A stretch of DNA of 64,000 nucleotides. It comes from an uncultured Clostridia bacterium (GTDB lineage: Bacteria; Bacillota; Clostridia; Oscillospirales; Oscillospiraceae). The notes below the pieces were generated by a model. That model had not been told where the DNA came from. It was given only the letters and a program-made list of their open reading frames with translations, and did no database searches. Position numbers and translations under genes: made by a program. The stretch covers positions 660 to 64,659 of the forward strand of contig CALBGG010000139.1 of NCBI GenBank assembly GCA_937893605.1, given 5' to 3'. This document shows positions 46,316 to 54,595 of this stretch, piece by piece; position 1 is the stretch's first letter; every line of letters begins with the position of its first letter.

Positions 46316-48268
46316 TTATTTGTTATCATTAAGGTCTTTTGCGGCATTGAGTATCCTATACAGTGTCGAGCGTGAGACTCCCAGCTCCTGCGCAACCTTA
46401 GATTTGTTGCCCTTAAATTCTACCATGAGTTTTTTTGCCATTTCAAGGCGCTGCTTTGTGAAGAAATCGCTGATCATGCGGAGCTCCGTTCCCTCGGACT
46501 CGGAGGCGGTCTCCTGCGCGGCGGGTTTGAGCTTGCTTATGCCCTGCGGCAGATCCTCAAGCTCAATATTGGCTCCGCTGCATACGATGGCACTGTATTC
46601 CATGCAGTTACGCAGCTCGCGCACATTGCCAGGCCAGCTGTACTCAGCCATGGCGATGGTCGCCGCGGCGCTTATTCCGCGAATGTTCTTCCCGTTTTCA
46701 AACGCAAAGCGCTCAAGGAAGTACTCTGCAAGCTCCTTTATGTCCTCCCTGCGTCGCCTGAGCGGTATCATGGTGAGGTTTATTACATTCAAACGATAGT
46801 ACAGATCGGCTCTGAACGTTCCGTCGGCGATGCATTTTGTGAGGTCTTTGTTTGTAGCTGTAATTATTCGCACATCAACGCTTATCGGTTTTGTGGCACC
46901 GATGCGGGTGATGCAGTTTTCCTCCAGTGCGCGCAGCAGAACGCTCTGCATTTCAACGGGCATTTCGCCTATCTCGTCGAGAAACAGCGTGCCGCCGTCG
47001 GCAAGCTCAAACTTGCCCTTTGCTCCGGTTCGATTGGCACCCGTGAATGAGCCTCCTACATAACCGAAAAGCTCGCTTCCGATGAGTTCCCGCGGTATGG
47101 CAGCACAGTTTACGGCAACAAATGGCTTATCCTTTCGCTGGCTCGTACAGTGTATAGCGTTCGCAAAAAGCTCCTTTCCGGTTCCCGATTCGCCCTGAAT
47201 TAGTATTGGACTTGAGGTAGTTGATATCTGCTCGGAAAAACGCTTGAGCTGCACAAAATTATCCGAAACGCCGATAAGATCGTCAAAGGTGTAGCGTGCG
47301 AAGTTGCCGTTAGCAGGCTTTTCCTCTTTTTTTGTTTTGCCTTTATATATGGTAATAAGGGTTCCGAATTGACGTGAATTCGCATTTATCGGACTGCAAT
47401 CCGCAAAATACTGCTCGCGTAATCCGCTTCCCCGAACAAGCTCCAACGGCTTGCCGACCACCTTTTTGCCCTCAGCGATCTTCGACACGAGAGACACCAT
47501 CTCCGGGCAGATATCGCTCAAGAAACTGTTTATAGTCTCCTTCGGGTGATAGTTGTAAAAATCATAAAATATGTCGTTTGCAAAGGTTATCGAGCAGCTG
47601 TTATCGACCATAATAACGATGTCGTTCGTACTGCTGCGGCTATACTCATTGCGCTGCATAATATCGCGCATTATGACGTCCTTCGTAACGTGGCCGGTGG
47701 TTATAATGGTCTCGGTCGATTCAAGGAGCTTGAAGAGATTGTATATGCGCTCATCAAAATTTTCCTTATAGGTGATTATCATAATAAAGCCGTTCCTGCC
47801 ATATTTACCCTTGATTCTGAAAGCAAAAGTGACATATGGCTTGAGTGCATCAAGATAGTGTTCGTCTCCGACAACCCACGCGCTTTCGGGACTTCTTGCT
47901 GCCATTACCGCAGCGTTAGTTCCCGCACAGTTTTCACCGAGATTACCGCCGAGCTTAATATTCTTGGCAGAAAGCTCATCCTTGAGCTTTTTATCGCCGT
48001 AACGGCCGAAAATATCCAAATTTTCATACAAATACAGCAAAACAGCGTTATTTGCTGCCAGCGTATCGGCAGTTGCCTGATAGTATTCCGGAGTGCTTTT
48101 TCTCATGAGGTGAACATGACCCGTGACATGTTTTTTGCACCGTTCCCTGTCCCCTTCGGTGACTTCGGGCAAAGCCCATGTATGCGAGTCAAGTCCGTTT
48201 TGTTCGCACATATACCTTGAGCTTTCAAGCATGCTCATATACTCTTTTCCGCGGTTCAAAAAATCCAT
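46316..48268 (-). CDS. sigma-54-dependent transcriptional activator (AcoR-type: sensory domain, PAS, AAA+, Fis HTH)
   Basis: [26 protein letters not shown] (GAFTGA-type loop), GGTLFLDEIGEM, RIITATNKD, YYRLNV. The C-terminal HTH reads NKSKVAQELGVSRSTLYRIL. The ATG at 48268 (MDFLNRG) is preferred over the TTG at 48370. Confidence 0.9.
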   Translation of the reverse strand: MDFLNRGKEYMSMLESSRYMCEQNGLDSHTWALPEVTEGDRERCKKHVTGHVHLMRKSTPEYYQATADTLAANNAVLLYLYENLDIFGRYGDKKLKDELSAKNIKLGGNLGENCAGTNAAVMAARSPESAWVVGDEHYLDALKPYVTFAFRIKGKYGRNGFIMIITYKENFDERIYNLFKLLESTETIITTGHVTKDVIMRDIMQRNEYSRSSTNDIVIMVDNSCSITFANDIFYDFYNYHPKETINSFLSDICPEMVSLVSKIAEGKKVVGKPLELVRGSGLREQYFADCSPINANSRQFGTLITIYKGKTKKEEKPANGNFARYTFDDLIGVSDNFVQLKRFSEQISTTSSPILIQGESGTGKELFANAIHCTSQRKDKPFVAVNCAAIPRELIGSELFGYVGGSFTGANRTGAKGKFELADGGTLFLDEIGEMPVEMQSVLLRALEENCITRIGATKPISVDVRIITATNKDLTKCIADGTFRADLYYRLNVINLTMIPLRRRREDIKELAEYFLERFAFENGKNIRGISAAATIAMAEYSWPGNVRELRNCMEYSAIVCSGANIELEDLPQGISKLKPAAQETASESEGTELRMISDFFTKQRLEMAKKLMVEFKGNKSKVAQELGVSRSTLYRILNAAKDLNDNK

Positions 48269-48415
48269 ACTCACACCGCCTTTCCTCCTCGCAAAATTTT
48301 TGCGATATACAAAAATTAATCTTTTAACGCCTACGTGGTTTATTGTATCACTAAGTGCATTGTGTGTCAAATTGTTAAAAGTGTATCATCCTTGGTCAGC
48401 TCGTATGATGCAATA

Positions 48416-48432
48416 TGTATCGTTACGATACA
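48416..48432. promoter_or_regulatory. perfect 8+1+8 palindrome TGTATCGT-T-ACGATACA
   Basis: It lies in the divergent bEBP/rpoN intergenic region. The function is not established. Confidence 0.3.
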
Positions 48433-48596
48433 CATTCATATTTTTAGCACGTGTAAGTTTATATTTTAGGGCTTGATTTTGTTCAGTTGTTTTGATAGTA
48501 TCATTAGAAGTGAGAAAAGTGTTTCAAATCGTCAAAATGTAAACCAATTCAATTAACCGGTCTTTTGAGGTATTTATCCTCGCGTTTTGTAAAGTC

Positions 48597-49952
48597 ATGA
48601 AGCTTAGCAACAAGGTCACAATTAAACAGACCATCGCCCCTGCTACGATACAACTGCTGGAAATGGTGCAGATGAATACGATCGAGCTGGGCAGCTTTCT
48701 GACCGAGCAGGCCATGGAAAATCCCGCGATCGATATAGACGAGCTCGCGCAGGCATTCAAGAGCAGCGAGCTTTCAGCCAAGGTTGAATGGCTCGATTCC
48801 TTCTCTCAGCGGCGCGGAGAGAGCTTTTCCGCCGCCGATGACGACGACACCCCTGAAGGTCAAATTGCCGACCGCAGCGAGGCATCGGATGTTAGATCAT
48901 ATCTTCTGAGTCAGATCTTAAGCTCCGATGCCGACCGAGAGACAGAAAAGCTCTACCGTTATCTCATTGGCTGCGTCGACAGCCGAGGCTTTCTCTCCGA
49001 GGACTGGGGAATGATTGCAAAAAAGATCGGCGTTGACGAGGAAAAGATCACTCGTTGCGTCGCGGTAATGCGTACGCTTCATCCTGCCGGCATCTGTGCC
49101 GAGGATGTGCGCAGCTGCCTTGCCGCACAGCTCGCCGCTGACGACCGCATTGCCCGCAGGATAGTCGAAAGTTATCTCGAGGAGCTCTCACGCGGACACT
49201 ACTCAGCCATAGCAAAGGCCTTGGGCGTTACAGAAAGCTCGGTCAGAAGCGCGGAAAAACACATAAAGCGGCTCTACCCCTACCCTTCCTCGGCGCTGGA
49301 GGGCGACAGGGGCGATGACAGCCTGTATGTTTATCCCGACCTGAGTATAGAACATACCGCCGAGGGGCTGAGCGTTTCGCTCTGCCGCCCGTTCAGTCCG
49401 CACCTTAAGATAAGCTCATTTTGCAGCGAACTAAGGAATTCAACGGACGATCCCGCAGTTCTCGGCTATATTGAGGAACGTCTATCCGCCGCAGGCAGGC
49501 TTTATCGGAATGTCTGCCGCTGCGAAAAGACGCTGCTCAGCTGCTTTGAAAAGCTTGCCGAAACGCAGAGCGCGTTTTTCAGCGGCACTTCGGACAGCTT
49601 GAAGCCCATGACGCTCGCCGACATCGCCGACTCAACTGGACTGAGCATATCTACCGTAAGTCGAGCCGTAAAGGGTAAATACATTCAGTGCAGCCGTGGT
49701 GTTATCCCTGCGAAGCTGTTTTTCACGGCAAAAATAGAGAGCGGCAGTGGCAAACACTCAACAGACGCCGCGAGGAAATATCTCCGCGAGGTTATCGCCG
49801 GAGAGGATAAGTCCGCACCCCTGTCGGACGCACAGCTGAGTGTTCTTTTGGGTAAAAAGGGCTTTGCAATATCGCGGCGCACCGTTGCAAAATACCGCAA
49901 GGCGCTCGGCATTCCGGGCACCTATGTACGAAAGCAAAAAGAGGAGCTTTAA
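48597..49952 (+). CDS. rpoN: RNA polymerase sigma-54 factor
   Basis: Region I (TIKQTIAPATIQLLEMVQMNTIELGSFLTEQAMENPAI), an HTH, and the C-terminal RpoN box ISRRTVAKYRKALGIPG. Confidence 0.9.
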   Translation: MKLSNKVTIKQTIAPATIQLLEMVQMNTIELGSFLTEQAMENPAIDIDELAQAFKSSELSAKVEWLDSFSQRRGESFSAADDDDTPEGQIADRSEASDVRSYLLSQILSSDADRETEKLYRYLIGCVDSRGFLSEDWGMIAKKIGVDEEKITRCVAVMRTLHPAGICAEDVRSCLAAQLAADDRIARRIVESYLEELSRGHYSAIAKALGVTESSVRSAEKHIKRLYPYPSSALEGDRGDDSLYVYPDLSIEHTAEGLSVSLCRPFSPHLKISSFCSELRNSTDDPAVLGYIEERLSAAGRLYRNVCRCEKTLLSCFEKLAETQSAFFSGTSDSLKPMTLADIADSTGLSISTVSRAVKGKYIQCSRGVIPAKLFFTAKIESGSGKHSTDAARKYLREVIAGEDKSAPLSDAQLSVLLGKKGFAISRRTVAKYRKALGIPGTYVRKQKEEL

Positions 49953-49953
49953 C

Positions 49954-50493
49954 ATGATATATGAATTTGAAGGCAAGCGCCCGCAGATCGACGCAAGCAC
50001 ATATATAAGCGACTCGGCCGTCATTATCGGTGATGTGACCATCGGAGCGCGGTGCTATATAGGTCCCGGTGCCGTTATCCGCGGCGACGAGCGCCCGATA
50101 TGGATAGGTGACGAGAGCGCCGTCGAGGATCTTTGTCTTATCCATGTCGGCGGACCGGACGCCAAGACCGACGGCTGCCACATCGGAAAGCGCGTGACCA
50201 TAGGTCACGGCGCAATAATCCACGGAAATCATATCCGCGACGGAGCAAACATCGGCATGGGCGCTATAATAAGCCTGTTTGCGGACATCGGCGAATACGC
50301 CGTTGTGGCCGAGGGCGCGGTTGTTAAAAAGCATCAGTCCATCCCGCCGCGAGTGGTCGTCGGCGGAGCACCGGCAAAAGTGCTGCGTGAGCTTGAGGAT
50401 AAGGATATTTACGCTTGGGAGCGCAGCAAGCAGACCTATATTGACCTTGCCGAACGCTGCAAAGCGCCCGGCGGTCTCGTGAGACTTGACTGA
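49954..50493 (+). CDS. CaiE/PaaY-like gamma-carbonic-anhydrase-fold (hexapeptide repeat) protein
   Basis: YEFEGKRPQID...VIIGDVTIGARCYIGPGAVIRGD...IGHGAIIHG...Y.DLAERC follows the E. coli CaiE layout, including the C-terminal tail. The ATG lies 1 nt after the rpoN stop, and the GAGGAG RBS sits inside rpoN. Confidence 0.85.
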   Translation: MIYEFEGKRPQIDASTYISDSAVIIGDVTIGARCYIGPGAVIRGDERPIWIGDESAVEDLCLIHVGGPDAKTDGCHIGKRVTIGHGAIIHGNHIRDGANIGMGAIISLFADIGEYAVVAEGAVVKKHQSIPPRVVVGGAPAKVLRELEDKDIYAWERSKQTYIDLAERCKAPGGLVRLD

Positions 50494-50500
50494 TAAAAAT

Positions 50501-50534
50501 AAAAAATCCGGAAGTCAATGACTTCCGGATTTTA
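50501..50534. terminator. bidirectional terminator
   Basis: AAAATCCGGAAGTC-AAT-GACTTCCGGATTTT. Confidence 0.8.
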
Positions 50535-50552
50535 ATTTGCGCAATTCGGGAA

Positions 50553-51488
50553 TTACTTCTTGCCCATGTTCATCTGGGCTGCGACCTCTGCCGCGAAGTC
50601 CTCTTCCTTCTTCTCGATTCCTTCGCCGGTCTGGAAGCGAACTGCGTCGACAAACTTGATGCTGCCGCCGAGCTTCTTTGCCGCATCGGCAATGTACTTC
50701 TCAACGCTGCCCTGGAACAGGTCGCCGCGAACGAACTCCATCTGCATGAGGCAGTTTTCTTCATAGTACTTGTTCAGCTTGCCCATGACGATCTTTTCCT
50801 TGACCTGTGCGGGCTTGGAGGCCATCTTCGGGTCGTTTTCCATAAGTGCGAGAGCGACCTTCTTCTCCTCCGCAAGGACATCCTCAGTGACCTGAGTCTT
50901 ATCCCAGAAGCGGGGATTGAGCGCCGCGATCTGCATTGCGATATTCTTGCCGACCTCGGTGGCGTCAATGCCGCCCTCGACAGCGAGGTTTACGAGAACG
51001 CCGATCTTGCCGCCTGCGTGAACGTAAGCGACGGATGTGTTCTCACCAAAGCGTGCGAAACGGCGGATCTGAAGATTCTCGCCGATAGACATGACCTTCT
51101 CGGGCATGATCTCTGCAACGGTCAGCTCGCTGCCGGGGTACTTGCACTGCATGAGTGCGTCAACGTCAGCGGGGTTGTCCTTCAGAACTACCTTGCAGAT
51201 ATCCTTAACGAAAGAAACAAACGGATCGCTCTTAGCGCAGAAGTCGGTCTCGCAGTTTACTTCAACGACTGCGCCGACGCCGCACTCGGGGCAAACGGAT
51301 GCATATGCCATGCCTTCCGCAGCTATGCGGCCGGCCTTCTTTGCTGCCTTTGCAAGACCCTTCTCACGAAGGTACTCAACGGCCTTGTCCATATCGCCGT
51401 CGCACTCGGACAGTGCCTTTTTGCAGTCCATCATGCCGACGCCGGTCATCTCACGGAGAGTTTTTACGTCCTGTGCTGTAAATGCCAT
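50553..51488 (-). CDS. tsf: elongation factor Ts
   Basis: VKTLREMTGVGMMDCKKAL...REKGLAKAAKKAGRIAAEG. Confidence 0.95.
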   Translation of the reverse strand: MAFTAQDVKTLREMTGVGMMDCKKALSECDGDMDKAVEYLREKGLAKAAKKAGRIAAEGMAYASVCPECGVGAVVEVNCETDFCAKSDPFVSFVKDICKVVLKDNPADVDALMQCKYPGSELTVAEIMPEKVMSIGENLQIRRFARFGENTSVAYVHAGGKIGVLVNLAVEGGIDATEVGKNIAMQIAALNPRFWDKTQVTEDVLAEEKKVALALMENDPKMASKPAQVKEKIVMGKLNKYYEENCLMQMEFVRGDLFQGSVEKYIADAAKKLGGSIKFVDAVRFQTGEGIEKKEEDFAAEVAAQMNMGKK

Positions 51489-51545
51489 TACTTTTTCCTC
51501 CTACAGTATTTAAGAAAGGGAGCAGGATGTGTGCTCCCCTATTAA

Positions 51546-52289
51546 TTATTCCTCTTCGACCTTCTCGGCCTCTGCCTCTGCCAGGGTCTCCTCGACCTCA
51601 GCGTCGGCGCCCTGACGGCCTTCCTGGACGGCGTTTGCCATGGTGGAGGCGATCAGACGGATGGCACGGATAGCGTCATCGTTTGCGGGGATAACGTAAT
51701 CGACCTCATCGGGGTCGCAGTTGGTGTCGACTATTGCAACGATGGGGATGTGCAGCTTGCGGGCCTCTGCGATGGCGTTGTGCTCCTTGCGGGGGTCAAC
51801 GACGAACATTGCGCCGGGAAGCTTCTTCATTTCCTTGACGCCGCCGAGGTACTTCTCGAGCTTTTCCATCTCACCCATGTGCTTCATAACTTCCTTCTTG
51901 GGAAGCATATCGAAAGTGCCGTCCTCCTGCATCTTCTTGAGCTGAGCAAGACGGTCGATACGGGTGCGCATGGTCTTGAAGTTAGTGAGCATGCCGCCGA
52001 GCCAACGTGCGTTGACATAGTACATACCTACGCGGGAAGCCTCTTCCTTGACTGCCTCCGCCGCCTGCTTCTTGGTGCCGACGAACAGGATGCTCTGACC
52101 GTTTGCTGCAACATCACGAACGAAGTTGTAAGCCTCTTCGAGCTTTTTGACGGTCTTCTGAAGGTCTATGATGTAGATGCCGTTACGCTCCATGTAGATG
52201 TATTCGGCCATCTTGGGGTTCCAGCGGCGGGTCTGATGACCGAAGTGGACACCGGCTTCCAGCAGCTGCTTCATTGATACTACTGACAT
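51546..52289 (-). CDS. rpsB: 30S ribosomal protein S2
   Basis: [22 protein letters not shown]. It has an acidic C-terminal tail. Confidence 0.95.
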   Translation of the reverse strand: MSVVSMKQLLEAGVHFGHQTRRWNPKMAEYIYMERNGIYIIDLQKTVKKLEEAYNFVRDVAANGQSILFVGTKKQAAEAVKEEASRVGMYYVNARWLGGMLTNFKTMRTRIDRLAQLKKMQEDGTFDMLPKKEVMKHMGEMEKLEKYLGGVKEMKKLPGAMFVVDPRKEHNAIAEARKLHIPIVAIVDTNCDPDEVDYVIPANDDAIRAIRLIASTMANAVQEGRQGADAEVEETLAEAEAEKVEEE

Positions 52290-52415
52290 TTGTTTTTCCT
52301 CCTGATTTGTTTTTCCTCCGGGCGCATCTTCCCTTCCCGCAAACCGTAGTCACATGCGGAAAAGTCCGTGCCCGTGCGAAATGCCTTGATATAATATCAA
52401 AATTCCATCGGGTTT

Positions 52416-52715
52416 TCAATAGTTTTTTGCCATTTTGTCAAAAATTTTTTCTTTTTTTCTGCGCCGTCGCGGCTGATCGTCCGCAGTCTCGACGAGAATG
52501 ATGTCTCCCCCGATGCGCACGATGCATTTCCACGGCAGGATATAGTCGTCCTCCCTGCCGAAAAGTCCGAAAAATTTCGCTTTTCCCGGCGTTATGAGCG
52601 AGATGAGCCGCCCCTCGGTTTCGTCAAGCTCCGCGTCGCACACATAGCCGAGGCGTCTGCCGGTGTGTACGTCGATTACCTCTTTGTATCTCAGCTCGGA
52701 AAAATAACTTATCAT
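52416..52715 (-). CDS. YlmC/YmxH-family sporulation protein (PRC barrel)
   Basis: SELRYKEVIDVHTGRRLGYVCDAELDETEGRLISLI...ILPWKCIVRIGGDIILV. Confidence 0.85.
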   Translation of the reverse strand: MISYFSELRYKEVIDVHTGRRLGYVCDAELDETEGRLISLITPGKAKFFGLFGREDDYILPWKCIVRIGGDIILVETADDQPRRRRKKEKIFDKMAKNY

Positions 52716-52775
52716 TTCAGCGCCTCCAACATTTAAAATACCGTCGTGTACATTCTACGACGGTATATTCATGTC

Positions 52776-53588
52776 CTATTCGGATTTGCTTTTGGGTATT
52801 GAAATGGTAAGTATCAGCTCGCTGTCGGTCTCCTCGCGCTTCATTCCGGCGGCGATGCCGCCCTGCTTCATGAGGTCGAGCCCGTGCAGGATGGTGTTCA
52901 CGAAAACGCGCACATCCTTCATGATAAACGTTCTCTTCGGGTCGGGCTTCTCCTCGGGCTCGCGCAGGAGCGACTCGATATACGCGTCGGCGGCTGCGAC
53001 GTTGAGATCGTGCTCGATCATGTATTCCAGCGCCATGCGTTGGGCGTTATCGTCGGCAAGGCGCAGCAGAGCGCGTCCGTGGCGCTCGGTGAGGCCGCTC
53101 GCGCGCAGCGAGGCGAGCACATCCTCCGGAAGCTTCAAAAGCCTCAGCTTGTTTGCAACCGCCGACTGCGATTTGCCGATCCTTCGTGCGGCCTCCTCCT
53201 GGCTCATGCCGAAAAGCTTTATGAGCTGGCTCAGGCCGTTTGCTTCCTCGATGAAATCGAGATCGCGCCTCTGAAGATTTTCAACAAGCGCGATGAGGCT
53301 CGCATCCTCAAGGCTCACGTCGAGCAGGATGCACGGCACGTCGCACAGTCCGGCAAGGCGCGCCGCTCTCAGCCGACGCTCGCCGGCGACGAGCTCATAC
53401 CTGCTGTCACGCAATCTCACTGTCAGTGGATTTAAAACGCCGTACTGGGCTATGCTCTCGGAGAGCTCCTGAAGCTCCCCGTCGGGAAAGTTTTTTCGCG
53501 GCTGCACGGGGCTGGGCTCAAGCTCATCCACCGGCAGCCAGATCACGCCGCCCCGCCGCGTTCCGGGGCGCAGCTTTGTCGCTTGCAT
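52776..53588 (-). CDS. ParB/Noc-family DNA-binding protein
   Basis: ParB box (LNPLTVRL...YELVAGERRLRAARLAG), an HTH (SQEEAARRIGKSQSAVANKLRLL), and a Noc-like C-terminus (VRVFVNTILHGLDLMKQGG...ISIPK). Confidence 0.85.
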   Translation of the reverse strand: MQATKLRPGTRRGGVIWLPVDELEPSPVQPRKNFPDGELQELSESIAQYGVLNPLTVRLRDSRYELVAGERRLRAARLAGLCDVPCILLDVSLEDASLIALVENLQRRDLDFIEEANGLSQLIKLFGMSQEEAARRIGKSQSAVANKLRLLKLPEDVLASLRASGLTERHGRALLRLADDNAQRMALEYMIEHDLNVAAADAYIESLLREPEEKPDPKRTFIMKDVRVFVNTILHGLDLMKQGGIAAGMKREETDSELILTISIPKSKSE

Positions 53589-53672
53589 AAGTGTACCTCC
53601 TATACACCGTAGAGTATATAGAAAACTTACACTGTTTGCCCCGCAAAGTCTGCCGCATCGTGTGGTTTACAT

Positions 53673-53707
53673 AAAAAAATTCCGCACTGTATCAGTGCAG
53701 AATTTTT
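53673..53707 (-). terminator. rho-independent terminator after the PfkB kinase gene
   Basis: On the minus strand, ATTCTGCACTG-ATA-CAGTGCGGAAT followed by TTTTTTT. Confidence 0.7.
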
Positions 53708-54595
53708 TCAGCTTATAAGCTCCGGGCAGAGCTCGGGGTTTATCGTTTCGGCGCAGGCGGCGCACATTGCGGCAGCCTTCATGGCGGCCGAAGCGCTTTC
53801 GACTATACCCAGGCCGTTGACTCCGGCCCAGATTATCGCAGCCGTGGCCGCGTCGCCGCAGCCGGTGCAGTTTACGATCTCGGTCGTTTCGCAGGGAAGC
53901 TTTATTATCTCGCTGCCCTCCGCCGCGACGATGCCGTCGGCGCCGAGGGATACAAAGACCTTCTTAACGCCCTCGCGCAGCAGAGCCTCCGCCGCAAACA
54001 GAGAGGTCGTTTCGTTCGTCATGCTCTTTGCCTCGAACTCGTTGGGCTTGAAAGCGGTGAGCTTTGAAAGAGCCGGTCTGAGGCGCTCCGCCTTGGCGGC
54101 GGACACGGGATCTGCGTACAGGGGCGCTGTGACGTTTTCAGCTATCCACGCGACGGTTTCGCGCGTGAGATTTGCATCGATGACGACGGCATCGGCCGCG
54201 TTTATCTCTTTTATATGCGCCTTGAGATACTCAGGCGTTATGCTCGCTGATATGTCCGTATCGCTCACGCCGATGAGCATATCGCCGTTTTCGTCGGTGA
54301 CGTAGAGATAGCTCGATGTTCTGCCTCCGCTCATGCGTCGGCTCAAATGCATATCCATGCCGAGCTTTACGCAGCTTTCATACACGCTGTCGCCGTAAAC
54401 ATCGTCACCTGTGGCGGCGATAAATTTTACGTCAAGCCCCAGCAGGCAGAGATTGTGCGCAATGTTCCTGCCCACGCCGCCGGGACTGAAGGAAACCGTC
54501 CCGGGATTTGAATCGTTCATGCGCGGCGCTTTATCCGGGCGGCCGCATATGTCCATATTAACGGCGCCGATAACTACTACAGTCTTATTCCCCAT
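53708..54595 (-). CDS. PfkB-family carbohydrate/nucleoside kinase (pseudouridine-kinase-like)
   Basis: VIGAVNMDI, PGGVGRNIAHNL, TGCGDAATAA. It overlaps the glgP 3' end by 19 nt. Confidence 0.85.
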   Translation of the reverse strand: MGNKTVVVIGAVNMDICGRPDKAPRMNDSNPGTVSFSPGGVGRNIAHNLCLLGLDVKFIAATGDDVYGDSVYESCVKLGMDMHLSRRMSGGRTSSYLYVTDENGDMLIGVSDTDISASITPEYLKAHIKEINAADAVVIDANLTRETVAWIAENVTAPLYADPVSAAKAERLRPALSKLTAFKPNEFEAKSMTNETTSLFAAEALLREGVKKVFVSLGADGIVAAEGSEIIKLPCETTEIVNCTGCGDAATAAIIWAGVNGLGIVESASAAMKAAAMCAACAETINPELCPELIS

